Translations under genes and position numbers: made by a program | Part shown: piece by piece, positions 25,014-36,457 of the stretch | Position numbering within the stretch: position 1 is the stretch's first letter | How the letters are laid out: each line of letters opens with the position of its first letter | NCBI GenBank assembly: GCA_010015805.1 | Contig: ML978131.1 | Location: 62,001 to 126,000 of the forward strand | Source: Rhizodiscina lignyota | Taxonomy: Eukaryota | Reading direction: 5' to 3' | Length of the DNA: 64,000 nt | The notes under the pieces: generated by a model | What the model was told of the DNA's origin: nothing | Seen by the model: the letters and a program-made list of their open reading frames with translations, nothing else | Databases searched by the model: none

Positions 25014-25930
25014 ATTGGTGATATGATGATAATGGTGCGTCTTGATTTCGATATGTTTTAACAAGCTGGATTGTCAAAATCGTATGTTTGTGAGAGGGAG
25101 AAATGGATGAAAGGAATCTTGAGCAGCTTAAGCATCTGAATTTATGGCGCTTGAATGGGTTCATCAACGCCGTTGCACAGGATGCGGATCAATACCGTTG
25201 GAAATTCCATCTCGGCGGTCCAATGAGAACAAATGCAAATGCTCAGCCAATTTCTCAAGTTTACGACGATGAGAAATAGCGACGAAGGACGGCGATGAGG
25301 GATATCGATGAGAAACAGTGATGAGAAACAACAATAAGGAACAACGATGAGGAACGATGTGCGGAGATAAGGCCGGATTCGTTGCCTCCATTCTTTCGAG
25401 ACTTTAAGCTGCCTCTGCCCGTCCATAAATCCACTCCTCATCTTTCGCTTTAAACATTCTCTGAAGACCTTTATTGAACTATTACTGTACTTTATATCGA
25501 ATATAAACATCGAGCCAGTGTCCTTTCTCCCCGCAGAATAATAGTAGTGGTATTCTCCGCCCTGAAGGTTGTAACAATGAGAGGAAGACGCAGTTGCGAT
25601 GCGAATTGTAAGCTTAATGGGCTGGGTTCAGAAGCTTTATGGGCGCATAGGCAGGAAAGTCTGAGGCGTGACAGTAGTTGGTGCTATGCCATAATTCAGT
25701 CCATTTTTTCAGCAGAAGATTGGCGGAATTACCGATGATTTCACTTTACTCTTGTAATTGCCCGCGTGCTCTACCCTGCGGGGGTCAATCCAGTGCTCCA
25801 CTGCATGAAATTCGGTTATCTCGATGCATTAGGCTACACCCAATTTCAAAGGCCCCCCCACTCGCAGAAGTACCTCCAAGCGAGCCTGAATGCACTTGGA
25901 CAGCCACCTCCTAGCATGAGAAAGCCAGAA

Positions 25931-27261
25931 TTAGTGCTTAGGTTTGATGATTTTTTTGGGATCCATTTGCCGGCAAACTGGGCACAGCCAATCCCCTTCC
26001 GGCTCCTTTGTAAGTCCTACGCAGTCCCAGTGGAACCATTGCAATTTACACTCGTCGTTATCACATCCAACCATATTCCCGTAGCTGACGCTGTTGCAAA
26101 GGCAGTATTTCGTATCGTCGCTGTCGTCATCCATATCCATTCCATCGTCGTCGCCAGCCCCATCTGCACCGATGCGCGAAGCATTCTCATCGTCGGATGG
26201 GTCAATTTCGCTTGCATTACTGTCGTCTTCCCCAGTCGTCGATCCACCTCGGCCACCGTGACGGTGCCTGGATCTCTTGTTGCTCTTGAGCACCTTTTTG
26301 CGCATATGATGTGGTACAGCTTTCTTCTGTACCTTCTTTGCCATCCTCGGCCCAACACTGCCCTGCCTGCTTCCGGGCGTGGTGGCCTTCGGTGTGCCGG
26401 GTCCAAGCGAGGATTGCCGCCCCAGGTTCGATGGCGGGGCAGGTATTGCGAGAGATTGATTCAGGCGGCGGCGCTTTGCCTCTTGGCCTATTGATGCTTC
26501 TCTATGTCCTCGATTCAGGGTCATGGCGGCGATCGCAGCGGCGTTGCTCATGTGAGAGGGATTTAATAGGTGATTCGGGCCCCCGGCACCAGCGCCGCCA
26601 GGGTTGATGCGTCCGGCTGCCGCAGCACTAACCATCCGCGCAACAGCAGTTGCACTCGCGAGATTCGCACCCCCTGCTGTATTGCCGGATAGTGTCTGCA
26701 GAGGAGTATTCGCCCCGGTATTTGTGGAAGATGTTCGCTCGACGAGGTTACCGGGGCTATCATGTAGTAGGGAAGGGAGGGTATGATCCAGGCCTATTGA
26801 GCCTTCCGCTTGAAGGTCTCGGATTTTGATATCGAGGCGCTTGATCTGACGGTCGAGCTACGTAGTGTCAGATGGATGTTTGAAGCGAATGGTGGATAGA
26901 TGGTCACTTACTAGTTGAGCTGCCTTTTCGCTAAAAGCAATCTTCTCCTCTTGCAAGGCTGCCGCCTGGTCATAAGCTTCTTGTATCGCCTTGCTATACG
27001 ACTCTTCCTTCGGGTTCTTGACAAGGCTGCTGTTGAGCTTGATGAACTTCTGCAAGCTGCCATCGCGCTGATTGATCACATTCCGTTGTTCTTGGATCTT
27101 CTCCTCCTTTGCAAGCATCTCCTCCATAAGATGTGTTATCTCTGCGGGCAGATTTGCGACTATTTATTACGTTAGCAAGGCCCAAGATGTATAGAAAGGG
27201 ACTATATACCATCGTGGCAGAACTGCTCCAGCACACTCGCAGGGTCATCATTTCCGGCCAT
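25931..27261 (-). CDS. YNG2: ING-family PHD-finger protein, Yng2-like (NuA4 subunit)
   Basis: N-terminal DPASVLEQFCHD/VANLPAEITHLMEE ING domain; C-terminal YCLCNSVSYGNMVGCDNDECKLQWFHWDCVGL...WLCPVC PHD; two introns. Confidence 0.85.
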
Positions 27262-27559
27262 ATCAGCAATCCTGTGAGCCTTTTCCAATGGGTTTTGATG
27301 AAATCTTGATGGAAAAGGCGGTTATAGGGATATTATCGCTGGATGAAGTGAGGGGAGTGGTGGAGGTGTTGTTGAACGTGAAGATCGCCACATACTTAGT
27401 CATCAGCCCTACGCCTACCCCGGCCTTAGCGCCACACTTAATCTGCAGGCACAGATGCGCCATCTCGCACCTTCTTTGCACTCACATGCACAAGAACGTC
27501 AAGTCATCCAACTCCAAGGGAACAGAGCGCCGAAGTCGGTGCGAAGGGAGGTCGCAACG

Positions 27560-29138
27560 ATGCGCGCCAACCTAAGCTCCTTTCTGGATAACAGTGCCGT
27601 TGTGCAGGAGTGGGAATCCATACAACCGGATGCCTGTGGCCAGGAGCAGATTAACGAACATTTTCTCCCGGACGAATGGAGGAAGCTAAACCGCGTACAG
27701 CGGGAGGAAATGATTGAAAGAGAGGCGGACGCGAATGGTATCGAACGGCCAAAAGGCTATAATGTGTCATTCCACTTCAACTCCAAGGCTGAACAGCACC
27801 ACTTCGGACAGTCGCATCCTATGAAGCCATGGCGCTTGACTTTGACGAAGCAGCTAGTACTCAGTTACGGTCTGCAATTCGCTATGGACATTTTTGAGAC
27901 TCTCCCAGCTACCATGGACCAACTGGCAGCGTTTCACAGCAGAGATTATCTCGAGTATCTATCAAGGTAAGTCTTCCTGAAGAGGCTTCCTCGCAACGCC
28001 TAACCGCAACTGCAGAATTACGCCGGATCAGAGTGAGGTCATTGCGAACAACTTCAAAATCTTCGGGCTCGGCCCAGAAGGCGACTGCCCAGTCTTTGAC
28101 GGGATGTGGGATTACTGCAGACTGTACAGCGGCGCATCAATAGACGCCGCGCGGAACTTGATATCAAACCAGGCCGATATTGCCATCAACTGGTCCGGAG
28201 GCTTGCATCATGCGATGAAGAAATGGGCTTCTGGATTTTGCTACATCAACGATATTGTCCTCGCCATCCAACAACTCTTGACCGTCGTCCCGCGTGTCCT
28301 CTACGTCGATATCGACATACACCACGGCGATGGTGTTCAGCATGCATTCTGGTCTACTGATCGTGTCATGACACTTTCCTATCACAAATTCGATCCAGAG
28401 ACTTTCTTTCCTGGCACTGGAGGCAAGGATGAGACTGGTCCAAAGAACCTCGTAAATCCGGGCGCGCATTACAGCCTTAATGTCCCTCTTCATGATGGAA
28501 TCGATGATGCGCAATATGAAGACCTGTTCGATCATTGTACAGGGGCTTGTATTGAGAAATTCAACCCGCAGGCCATCGTCCTCCAATGCGGCGCTGATTC
28601 CCTTGGAGGCGACCGACTTGGGAAGTTCAACCTCAACATCAAGGCCCATGGGCACTGCGTTGACTTTGTCAAACGTCGTTCTCATAACCGTCGCCTTTTG
28701 GTGATTGGCGGAGGGGGTTATACTCCACGGAACGTTGCACGCGCGTGGTGTCACGAGACATCACTCTGCGTTGGGGCCACGCTTCGAAACCAGCTTCCGG
28801 CCCACATACCATACAGACAAGCCTTTATGAGTGCAGAAAATGGTGGCGGAGAGCTATATCCCAATCTCTCGCATATTACGACGAGGAGGCACGAGAACAA
28901 GCACGACAAAGGATACCTGGAGAGCTTGAAGAAGAACATAGATGAACAGTTGAAATACGTGGAGAATGCTCCCAGCGTTCAGATGCAGGAGATTCCGAAT
29001 GACTATATCAAGATTAGAGAGGAAGAGGACGAGAGAATGAGGGATGAGGAAGAGGACAGAGACCGCGAACGACTGGAGGCGCAAAGAAAGAAGCGAGAGA
29101 AGAACTTTGGAGGTCGGGCAGAGTTTCGAGCATTCTGA
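27560..29138 (+). CDS. HOS2: Class I histone deacetylase, Hos2-like (alternative in-frame ATG at 27455)
   Basis: HPMKPWRLTLTKQLVLSYGL, INWSGGLHHA, GFCYINDIV, DIDIHHGDGV, QCGADSLGGDRLG, GGGGYTPRNVAR; intron about 27967-28015. Confidence 0.92.
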
Positions 29139-30277
29139 TATTGAGTGTATATTGACTTCGCGTGCACCCCATTCCTCGGACATCATGTATGGAGTATGAA
29201 AATGATGAGTGAGCCTCATCGCCGGTCAGGAATCTCGGAAGTCGCATGAACACCGCTGACGCGGTTGCCAGATAGGATCATACTGGAGGGTATTTATTTG
29301 TGCAGCGCAGCTAATGCACTGGTGGAATCGCCCTGTGTTTCTTCGTTGGCTTCTATTGATATCCAGATTATGTAGATATGATTGGGATTTTCTGGCTTTG
29401 ACACAGCGATTCCATCCGGTATTGCAGACATATTGGTACAATGTTCTTCTGCTCTCCCCGCACTGAGGGTTGAGCATGGGTGTGATTTTAAAACATGCGA
29501 CTTCAACAAAATTCACGCATATCCTCTACACAACCTTTGACATACGAAACCGCCTCTGCCATGTCTCGCGCAGTCAAATTTTAGGGCACGTCGTGCTTAG
29601 GGAGAGCGATTTCAATGAAGTTGACTCACATGGCCCATCTCCGATCTAACATTATGGGCTCCTTCTCCGCGGTCTCTCCACATTGTATCGCAGGAGCTAT
29701 CCAAATCCGCGACTGGCGTCCTCGCTCGTGATTGCATGCATCTTCAGCCCGTGATGTAAAGGAGGGGCAACATCCTTTGGAGATCTTCAAACCACTGCCC
29801 GAGCCTGTGCAAGTTCTTTCAGCCATTTATCGCAAGCCTTAGGACTTCTCTGCGAGCCTCTGTTGACGATGACCTGGAATTACGACGCGCGTCATCAGCC
29901 AATCATCGTCCACTTTCACGCCTCATCAGTCATTCCCGCTCCTTCAACTTGACGACTCATCAGCCTTACTTCCTCACTTCATGCAGCGTTGCATCGATAG
30001 CTCCTGAAGACACGTCATACCAGGTGCGTCTCCTCATTGAAGTGCCTCGAGGCACATCGATGGCGCTCTTGTGGCGCATAGTTACGGGAGCTTGATGGCC
30101 AACACTCGCAAGCCATTTTCAGGCATCAAGTAGTCAAAAGGAACCTAAAGTATTCCTTCTCTATTCTGGGGGGATTTCCAATTTTTCACCGACTGCCTGT
30201 CTCAAAAATCCAGGAGTTTCCAGATTTTCGCACCACGACCATAATTTCTCAAGTAATCTCATCTCGATATTTCAAAA

Positions 30278-31756
30278 ATGAAGATCATTATCATTGGTGC
30301 CGGCATCTCTGGCCTTTCAAACGCTCTTCTCCTCAAAAAGCACCTTTCCCCAATCCTGGCAGCCACATCTTCCCCTCTCACAATCCATATTTACGAGTCA
30401 CATGCCCCTCGTGCGGCTAACGCGCCCTTAGACTCCAACGACATCACCTTAGCCGATCTCTCATCCTCCACCGCGCTTGTTGGTGGCGGACTCGGCGTTG
30501 GACCTAATGGCATGCGCGCTCTGCGTTTCATCAGTGAATCGTTATACGAGCGGGTGAAAGCACAGGGGTGGGTGGTGAAGCGGTTCGTCTTCAAGAGCGC
30601 ATATGGCTGGCGATTAAGCAGCGTCAGCTGTGCGGATCGTGAAGGAAAAGATGCAAAGGATGCGGAGTATACTGTTAGCAGCAGCCGTCATGGAATTTGG
30701 GCAGCCTTGAGAGACGAGGTGGATGATGGAGCATCGGTCACGTATCGGAAGGTTGTCGAGGTGAAGCCAGGTGAGGAAGGAGGGAGAGGACCGAGGGTGG
30801 TATTTGAGGATGGTGAAGAGGAAGAGGCGGACTTAGTGATAGGGGCAGATGGGATTAGAAGTGTCGTCCGAAAGGCGATTGCCAAAGCGAGGGGAGAAGA
30901 GGAAGGAGATGCCGCGAAGAGATGGTCGCCGAATTATGTCGGACTTATCGGAGTTGGTGGATTTCTTGACCAGCCACCATCTGAGGACACCGCCCGAGAC
31001 GAAAGTATGACATTCGTCTTCGGTCCGCAAGGTTTCTTCGGCTACGGCGCTGCCGCGAAAGACAAATTGATGTGGTGGTCGACTTGCGAGAGTCCTGACG
31101 AACCAGATCGATCTGTGGTCCACATGGACGACCTTGAGGCCAAGACCCGGCATGTACATCAAAAGTGGACCGATCCTGTTGTTCAAGAAATTCTCGGTCA
31201 GGTCAAGATTGACACGGTCTACCCAACCTGGACGATTGATGAGCTGCCAACTTGGGGCGAGAATGGACTTATCATTGTCGGCGATGCGGCACATGCTCTG
31301 CAGCCAACCTCAGGACAGGGAAGCTCGCAGGCACTGGAGGATGCCAAATGTCTGTCGTTACTACTCGCACATTACATTGAGGAGGCAGTCAAGAAGGGAC
31401 AAACAGATTTCGGTGATGCGATACACAAGAGTTCCAAAGCATTGTACGAGATTCGCAACCCAGTCACTACACAAATTGCAACACATGCGAATAGAATGGC
31501 GATGAAGAAGAAGCAGATGTCGAAATTCGAAGAATATATGCTTTACTTTATGATCTGGTGCATGGGGAAGTTGGAGTTTATCGGCAAGTCCCTCATCGCG
31601 AGGCTCTACTTCGGTGCCCTTCGAAGCGCTGACCGTTTACTTACAGGCATAAACTTCCTCAGCCATGCGCAGAAGCAATTGTGGATGTGGGACGGCGAGA
31701 AGGAGGTCAATGAGTACATCAAACGAGAGCGGGTAAAGACTGCTGAGGCCTCTTGA
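30278..31756 (+). CDS. FAD-dependent monooxygenase (class A flavoprotein hydroxylase)
   Basis: IIIGAGISGL Rossmann motif, DLVIGADGIRS, IVGDAAH...GQGSSQALED. Confidence 0.92.
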   Translation: MKIIIIGAGISGLSNALLLKKHLSPILAATSSPLTIHIYESHAPRAANAPLDSNDITLADLSSSTALVGGGLGVGPNGMRALRFISESLYERVKAQGWVVKRFVFKSAYGWRLSSVSCADREGKDAKDAEYTVSSSRHGIWAALRDEVDDGASVTYRKVVEVKPGEEGGRGPRVVFEDGEEEEADLVIGADGIRSVVRKAIAKARGEEEGDAAKRWSPNYVGLIGVGGFLDQPPSEDTARDESMTFVFGPQGFFGYGAAAKDKLMWWSTCESPDEPDRSVVHMDDLEAKTRHVHQKWTDPVVQEILGQVKIDTVYPTWTIDELPTWGENGLIIVGDAAHALQPTSGQGSSQALEDAKCLSLLLAHYIEEAVKKGQTDFGDAIHKSSKALYEIRNPVTTQIATHANRMAMKKKQMSKFEEYMLYFMIWCMGKLEFIGKSLIARLYFGALRSADRLLTGINFLSHAQKQLWMWDGEKEVNEYIKRERVKTAEAS

Positions 31757-32241
31757 TTGAAGTATTCAGTTTTCTATTGGTTCATATGTTCGATACCATC
31801 TCCACTCTTGAATGGCGATCTTCCTGTCAGCTTACCATTTGCAAGATTAGTTCAAATATGATATTAAGTTGTCCGTTTGTTAGATCTGCTGGCGAACGGG
31901 TGATCTCCACTACTAAGCACTCTATGCACGATTTGCTAATGCGACCCTCTCAAACCCATAAAAGGAATTTGACGAATGAGGTAGCCTCCTAGTGAAGACG
32001 TAGAGCTGACGAAGCTCATTCAAAGCCGTGATAAAGCAACAAAACTTTCCGATCCTCTGATAAAGAATGAATCGTAACGAATCCAGGGTTAACCGTTTAC
32101 CGAATGGGGGAATGGTGAAGTCGGAGTTAGAGCCGGGGTTTACGATTCCGTCATAAGGAGTTTCAAAGCTACTACATGACCTTATCACACGACAAATCAT
32201 TCATCAATTGCGTCAATCTTACATATATACACTGCTTCCCC

Positions 32242-33322
32242 ATGAACAACAACTTACTGCGCAGAGTCTCCAGCATCCAAAGGCACTTACAGACCAGCAT
32301 ACGCACAGCTTCCACCATGGCAAAACTCGACATTAATACCAAGTACCCCATGAATTCAGGTTTCGAAATTCCAGTCCTCGGATATGGCGTCTACCAAACG
32401 TACATCTCTGCGATTACAATCGCATCTCCTGATTTGCTTGCGCCCGCTAACGATCATCCAGTCCCGCAGACGAGGCCGCGAGTGTCGTGCACCACGCCCT
32501 GAAGACCGGCTACCGCCACATCGACAGCGCCGTCGCGTACCGGAACGAAGCCCCGTCCTCAGCTGGAATGAATACATTCATGAAAGAAACGAACATACCA
32601 CGCGGCGAGCTCTTCTTCACCTCGAAAGTCCCAGCGCGCAACCTGAACTACGAGAACGCGAAGAAGGTTATCGACGAGACGTTGAACAAGACCGGATTAG
32701 ACTACATTGACCTGTATCTACTACATGCTCCATATGGTGGGAAGCAGGGCAGGTTAGGTGCTTGGAGAGCGCTAGTAGAAGCAGTGGAAGCGGGAAAAAT
32801 TAGGAGTATTGGGGTGAGCAACTACGGCGTGCACCATCTGGAAGAGCTTGAGCAGTATATCAAGGAGACAGATGCAAAGCAGGGCAAGGGAAAGGGCGGC
32901 ATACTGAGTGTGAATCAAGTGGAACTGCATCCATGGCTCGCGCGACCGGATATCGTCGATTGGTGCAAAGCCAGAGGAGTCGTCGTGGAGGCATATTCCC
33001 CACTGGTGCAAGGCCAGAGGGCAAAGGACAAGACGCTGGCAATGCTATCAAAGAAGCACAACAAGACGTGGGCACAAATTCTAATAAGATGGAGTCTGCA
33101 AAAGGTGAGCACCTGATGATCTGACCTAAACTTCTGACCGCATTTTCCTAATTGGTATTGTCTCCACAGGGCTTCGTACCACTACCCAAGTCCGTGACCA
33201 AGTCGCGCATTGAGGACAACGCGAACGTGTACGATTTCGAGCTGTCTGACGAGGACATGAAGAGCCTGGATACCGGAGAATACTCCCCATGTACATGGGA
33301 TCCGACCACAAGTAGAGATTAA
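32242..33322 (+). CDS. Aldo-keto reductase; second in-frame ATG at 32317
   Basis: GYRHIDSAVAY, FFTSK, YIDLYLLHAP, IGVSNY, NQVELHPW, LPKS; introns about 32399-32461 and 33104-33169. Confidence 0.92.
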
Positions 33323-35235
33323 ATTCAACCTCACGTGAAATTTGAAGACATGCTCCGTACGGCTTGAGCGGCTTCCGAAAGACCCCTTTTTCTGAATGCT
33401 ATGATCTTCGTGTGCATATGCTACTTTGATGGACATGCGCGGCGAATTAGACTTTCACGTTGCTGAAGTTTAAATCCTCGTAGCTATTCTTCTATCCTGT
33501 CAGGATCAAGTTGAATCCTGGCTGTACGATGAATTTGGCAGCCAGCCGTCTTGTATATCTCCTGCAGAGATACACACAAGCGAAGTCAAAGGTGTAACGT
33601 GCCCACCATAGCATCTATCCAACCTCTCTCGTTCAAGAGCCCTACCCTCATTTTCGGTACCCATTGTCCGCCTTATACTGTTCCATCAGGAGCAGCCCAT
33701 TCCCACCAAAAGACCCATGCCTTAGCTTACCATTCTAATCCTAAAGCTTAATCCAGAAGCTGTTCAACAAATCCCCATGCTGGCGGTTCGATCCTATTTA
33801 CGAGGTAGACTCTTAAGACGAGCGATATCCGAACATCCTGTTCCCTCTTGTTCGGAACCCGCACGAGCCCAAACAGAGTTGCACTTACGCAAACCGATGC
33901 ACGGTCCCATATGTGCCCCTCATCAGCCACACGGGAACGTATTCCCAGAATCCCAGAGTTGAGATCGCATGAGTCGATTGTTTTCCCGCACATTACGTAT
34001 CTTCGTCATGCGCGATCGCCGAGCTGCGTTCCGTATCGAGCAGCGCGTTCACCGCCGCCGTTGCGGGCAAGCGAAGGAGTTGCTGTGATTTCCCCTGCAG
34101 TTCATGCGTTTCGTCGTGGAGGCGGTTGTTTCCGGTGGCGCTCGGTGGCTTGACCAGCATTGAAACATCGTCGGCCTCCCAGAGCTCCGGGTTCGCTATT
34201 TTCGAGGGTAGGGCTTAGTCTCCGAATGGCGAGGCGAGCCGGATCGAGAAGCATGAATCCCAGAGTGTGTGAAAGGAGGGCTGACGTTAATGCGTTCGCG
34301 AACGCTGCGTACGTAAGTAGAATTGCGTTGACGGTCGGTGAATGTCGGTGAAACCCCTAGAGGCATAACGGACAGATCTTATGGATGAGATGGGAATGTA
34401 GGAGACCGGAGAAAGCATCGATCGAGGTGGAGGTCAACTCCTGTAGGTTAGAGAAAGCAATGGATGAATTATAGCTCTTTCAGAAGCCAAAGTAGATGAA
34501 GAATTGTTTGTTGTCAGTCCTTCATTTGATAGTAAAATTTGCTGACTGCATACCACTCCCGCAGAACTCGTAGAGTGTGCCTTTCGTGATCCTATTTCCA
34601 GTATGTGGAGATCACACATGCGCTCCGTGAGCCGAAAGAAGGCCCAAGACTTCATCGACGAACGCCAGGGTATCATCAAATCGTTCGTTCATCCGTCAAT
34701 CCCGCGATATGCCGTCCCAAATTGTAAGTCATGCTCTTCGAATTGAACCCGTACTTTTCTCTAGCCTTAATGTCCACCCCAATTTTATGACAACATGCCA
34801 TCGTGTTCGCGTGGTTTGAAGGTTCGCATGCGGCATCGACCTCGTAGCTCTTGTGCCTTATGACCATTCCCTTTGCCAAATCGGTGAAAGCCCAGTGAGG
34901 AACCTCCTATGCGTTCTCTTCTCAACGCCATTCCGCTATGCTGCCAAACCCGATGGAAATGCGATCTCGTCCAACCTGACAGTCCCGCTAGATGCCCTAT
35001 ACTGAGTTAAAATGTTAAAATGTGGCGGTAAAAATAATACATCGCCGGTGCCAGTTGACAGCGGCAAAGAAGACAAAAGAAACCGTCCAATGGAAGGGAC
35101 GAATGGCAGCGACGAAAGGAACACATGCGCTCTAAGTATGTGACCAGCACAAGAGCCGCCAATACACATTAGCAAGAAAATGATGGGTGAAAGGTCCCAA
35201 TTCAGCCTCAGCCCAGCAGCCACTTGCTCGAACTG

Positions 35236-36457
35236 TCACTGAAAGCCGGTGCTCGGTTCACCGAGCTTCGTAGGATCTGTGTCGTCTTCTTCCTCTTGGA
35301 TGTCTGCAATCTCAGCACTGGTCCTTTCGCCGTGAGGGTCGGCATCCAATTCCAGTGCCTTCTCTCTGCATGCCGCTGGCGTAAAGCCACTGCCGACCTT
35401 TTGCGAGATAACTCTCCATCTGTATTCAAATGTCAGAAACAAGTCTGAGGTGAGCAGGACGAGGACACCGAAGACCTACCGGTCACTTTCATAGTCAGTC
35501 ATCGCGCGTTTCAAGCGCTCGACCTACACAGTAGGCACTGATATTAGCAGACTTTTTCTTCATTGCAACAGCGAAACGACGTACCATATCGTCCGTCCAA
35601 ACGGTCGTCTTCGCCTTGAGCTTAGTACAATAACGGACCTGCAGCGTGCCCGAGCTCCTGCCTGGGAAGAAGTCGGCGATCTGCTTCCACGTAAGGTTCT
35701 TTTGTTCTTTGAGGTCCACGAGCAACTGATCGTCCTCCGGCGTGAATTTGATCTTTGGGCCACGGGGCCTGGGCGCCGGAGGAGGCATGCCCTCTGCCCC
35801 AACCACGCTTGGGGGGCCGTGCGACTGCTGTGGCGGTGGCGACGCCTCCCCATACCCAACGCGTCTCATTTTCGGCGGCGGTGGCTGGTTGGGCAGACGA
35901 TGGTGGTGATGCTGAGGCTGAGTGGGCTGCTGCTGCGCTGACGCTGGGAAGAGGCCTTGAGGTTGCGCGTGGTGCCCGTGTGGAGTGAGCTCGACTGGAA
36001 TATCTTGTCCTGACTCTGTGACATCGCCGGTCATCGGGATGCCAGAGAGATCCTGCAAATCCAGATGTAGCTCCTCCGCCCGACTTCGCTTGCGGGGCCG
36101 CGCCTGCCCATAGTCCAGGTGAGAGGGTTGACTGGCACCATAAGGTTGTTGATGGGACATCTGCTGCTGTCTGCGCAGCAGATTTGATTGTCTGAGACTG
36201 GGGTGCTGCGCTTCGACGTTCGTAACTGAGACCATAGGTTGATGCGTCCCATGTTGCTGGAGCGTCTGTGGCGGTTGCGGCTGCAGAAACGGGTTGTTGG
36301 AGGCCAGACTCGGGTGATGTAGGAACTGGCTGTAGCTTTCGACGTTTGAGTTTGGAGTTGTATCGTCCCCATGTCCGGACTCTTGGAGGCCATAGTCGAG
36401 GGAGAAGGCTCCTCGATAGCTGCCTGCCAGTGTTGCGAATAGGCATGGAGACTGCAA
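35236..36457 (-). CDS. Myb/SANT-domain transcription factor A (two repeats; 5' end uncertain, first in-frame ATG at 36235)
   Basis: KFTPEDDQLLVDLKEQKNLTWKQIADFFPGRSSGTLQVRYCTKL, then WTDDM/VERLKRAMTDYESDR/WRVISQKVG across two introns; Gln/His-rich N-terminus. Confidence 0.85.

Noticed and set aside
17621..33322. Secondary-metabolite gene cluster (methyltransferase, monooxygenase, reductase)
   Set aside because: No PKS, NRPS or terpene synthase backbone, and the genes are interspersed with housekeeping genes.
33780..33800. tRNA T-loop-like GGTTCGATCC
   Set aside because: No cloverleaf or A-box could be built around it.
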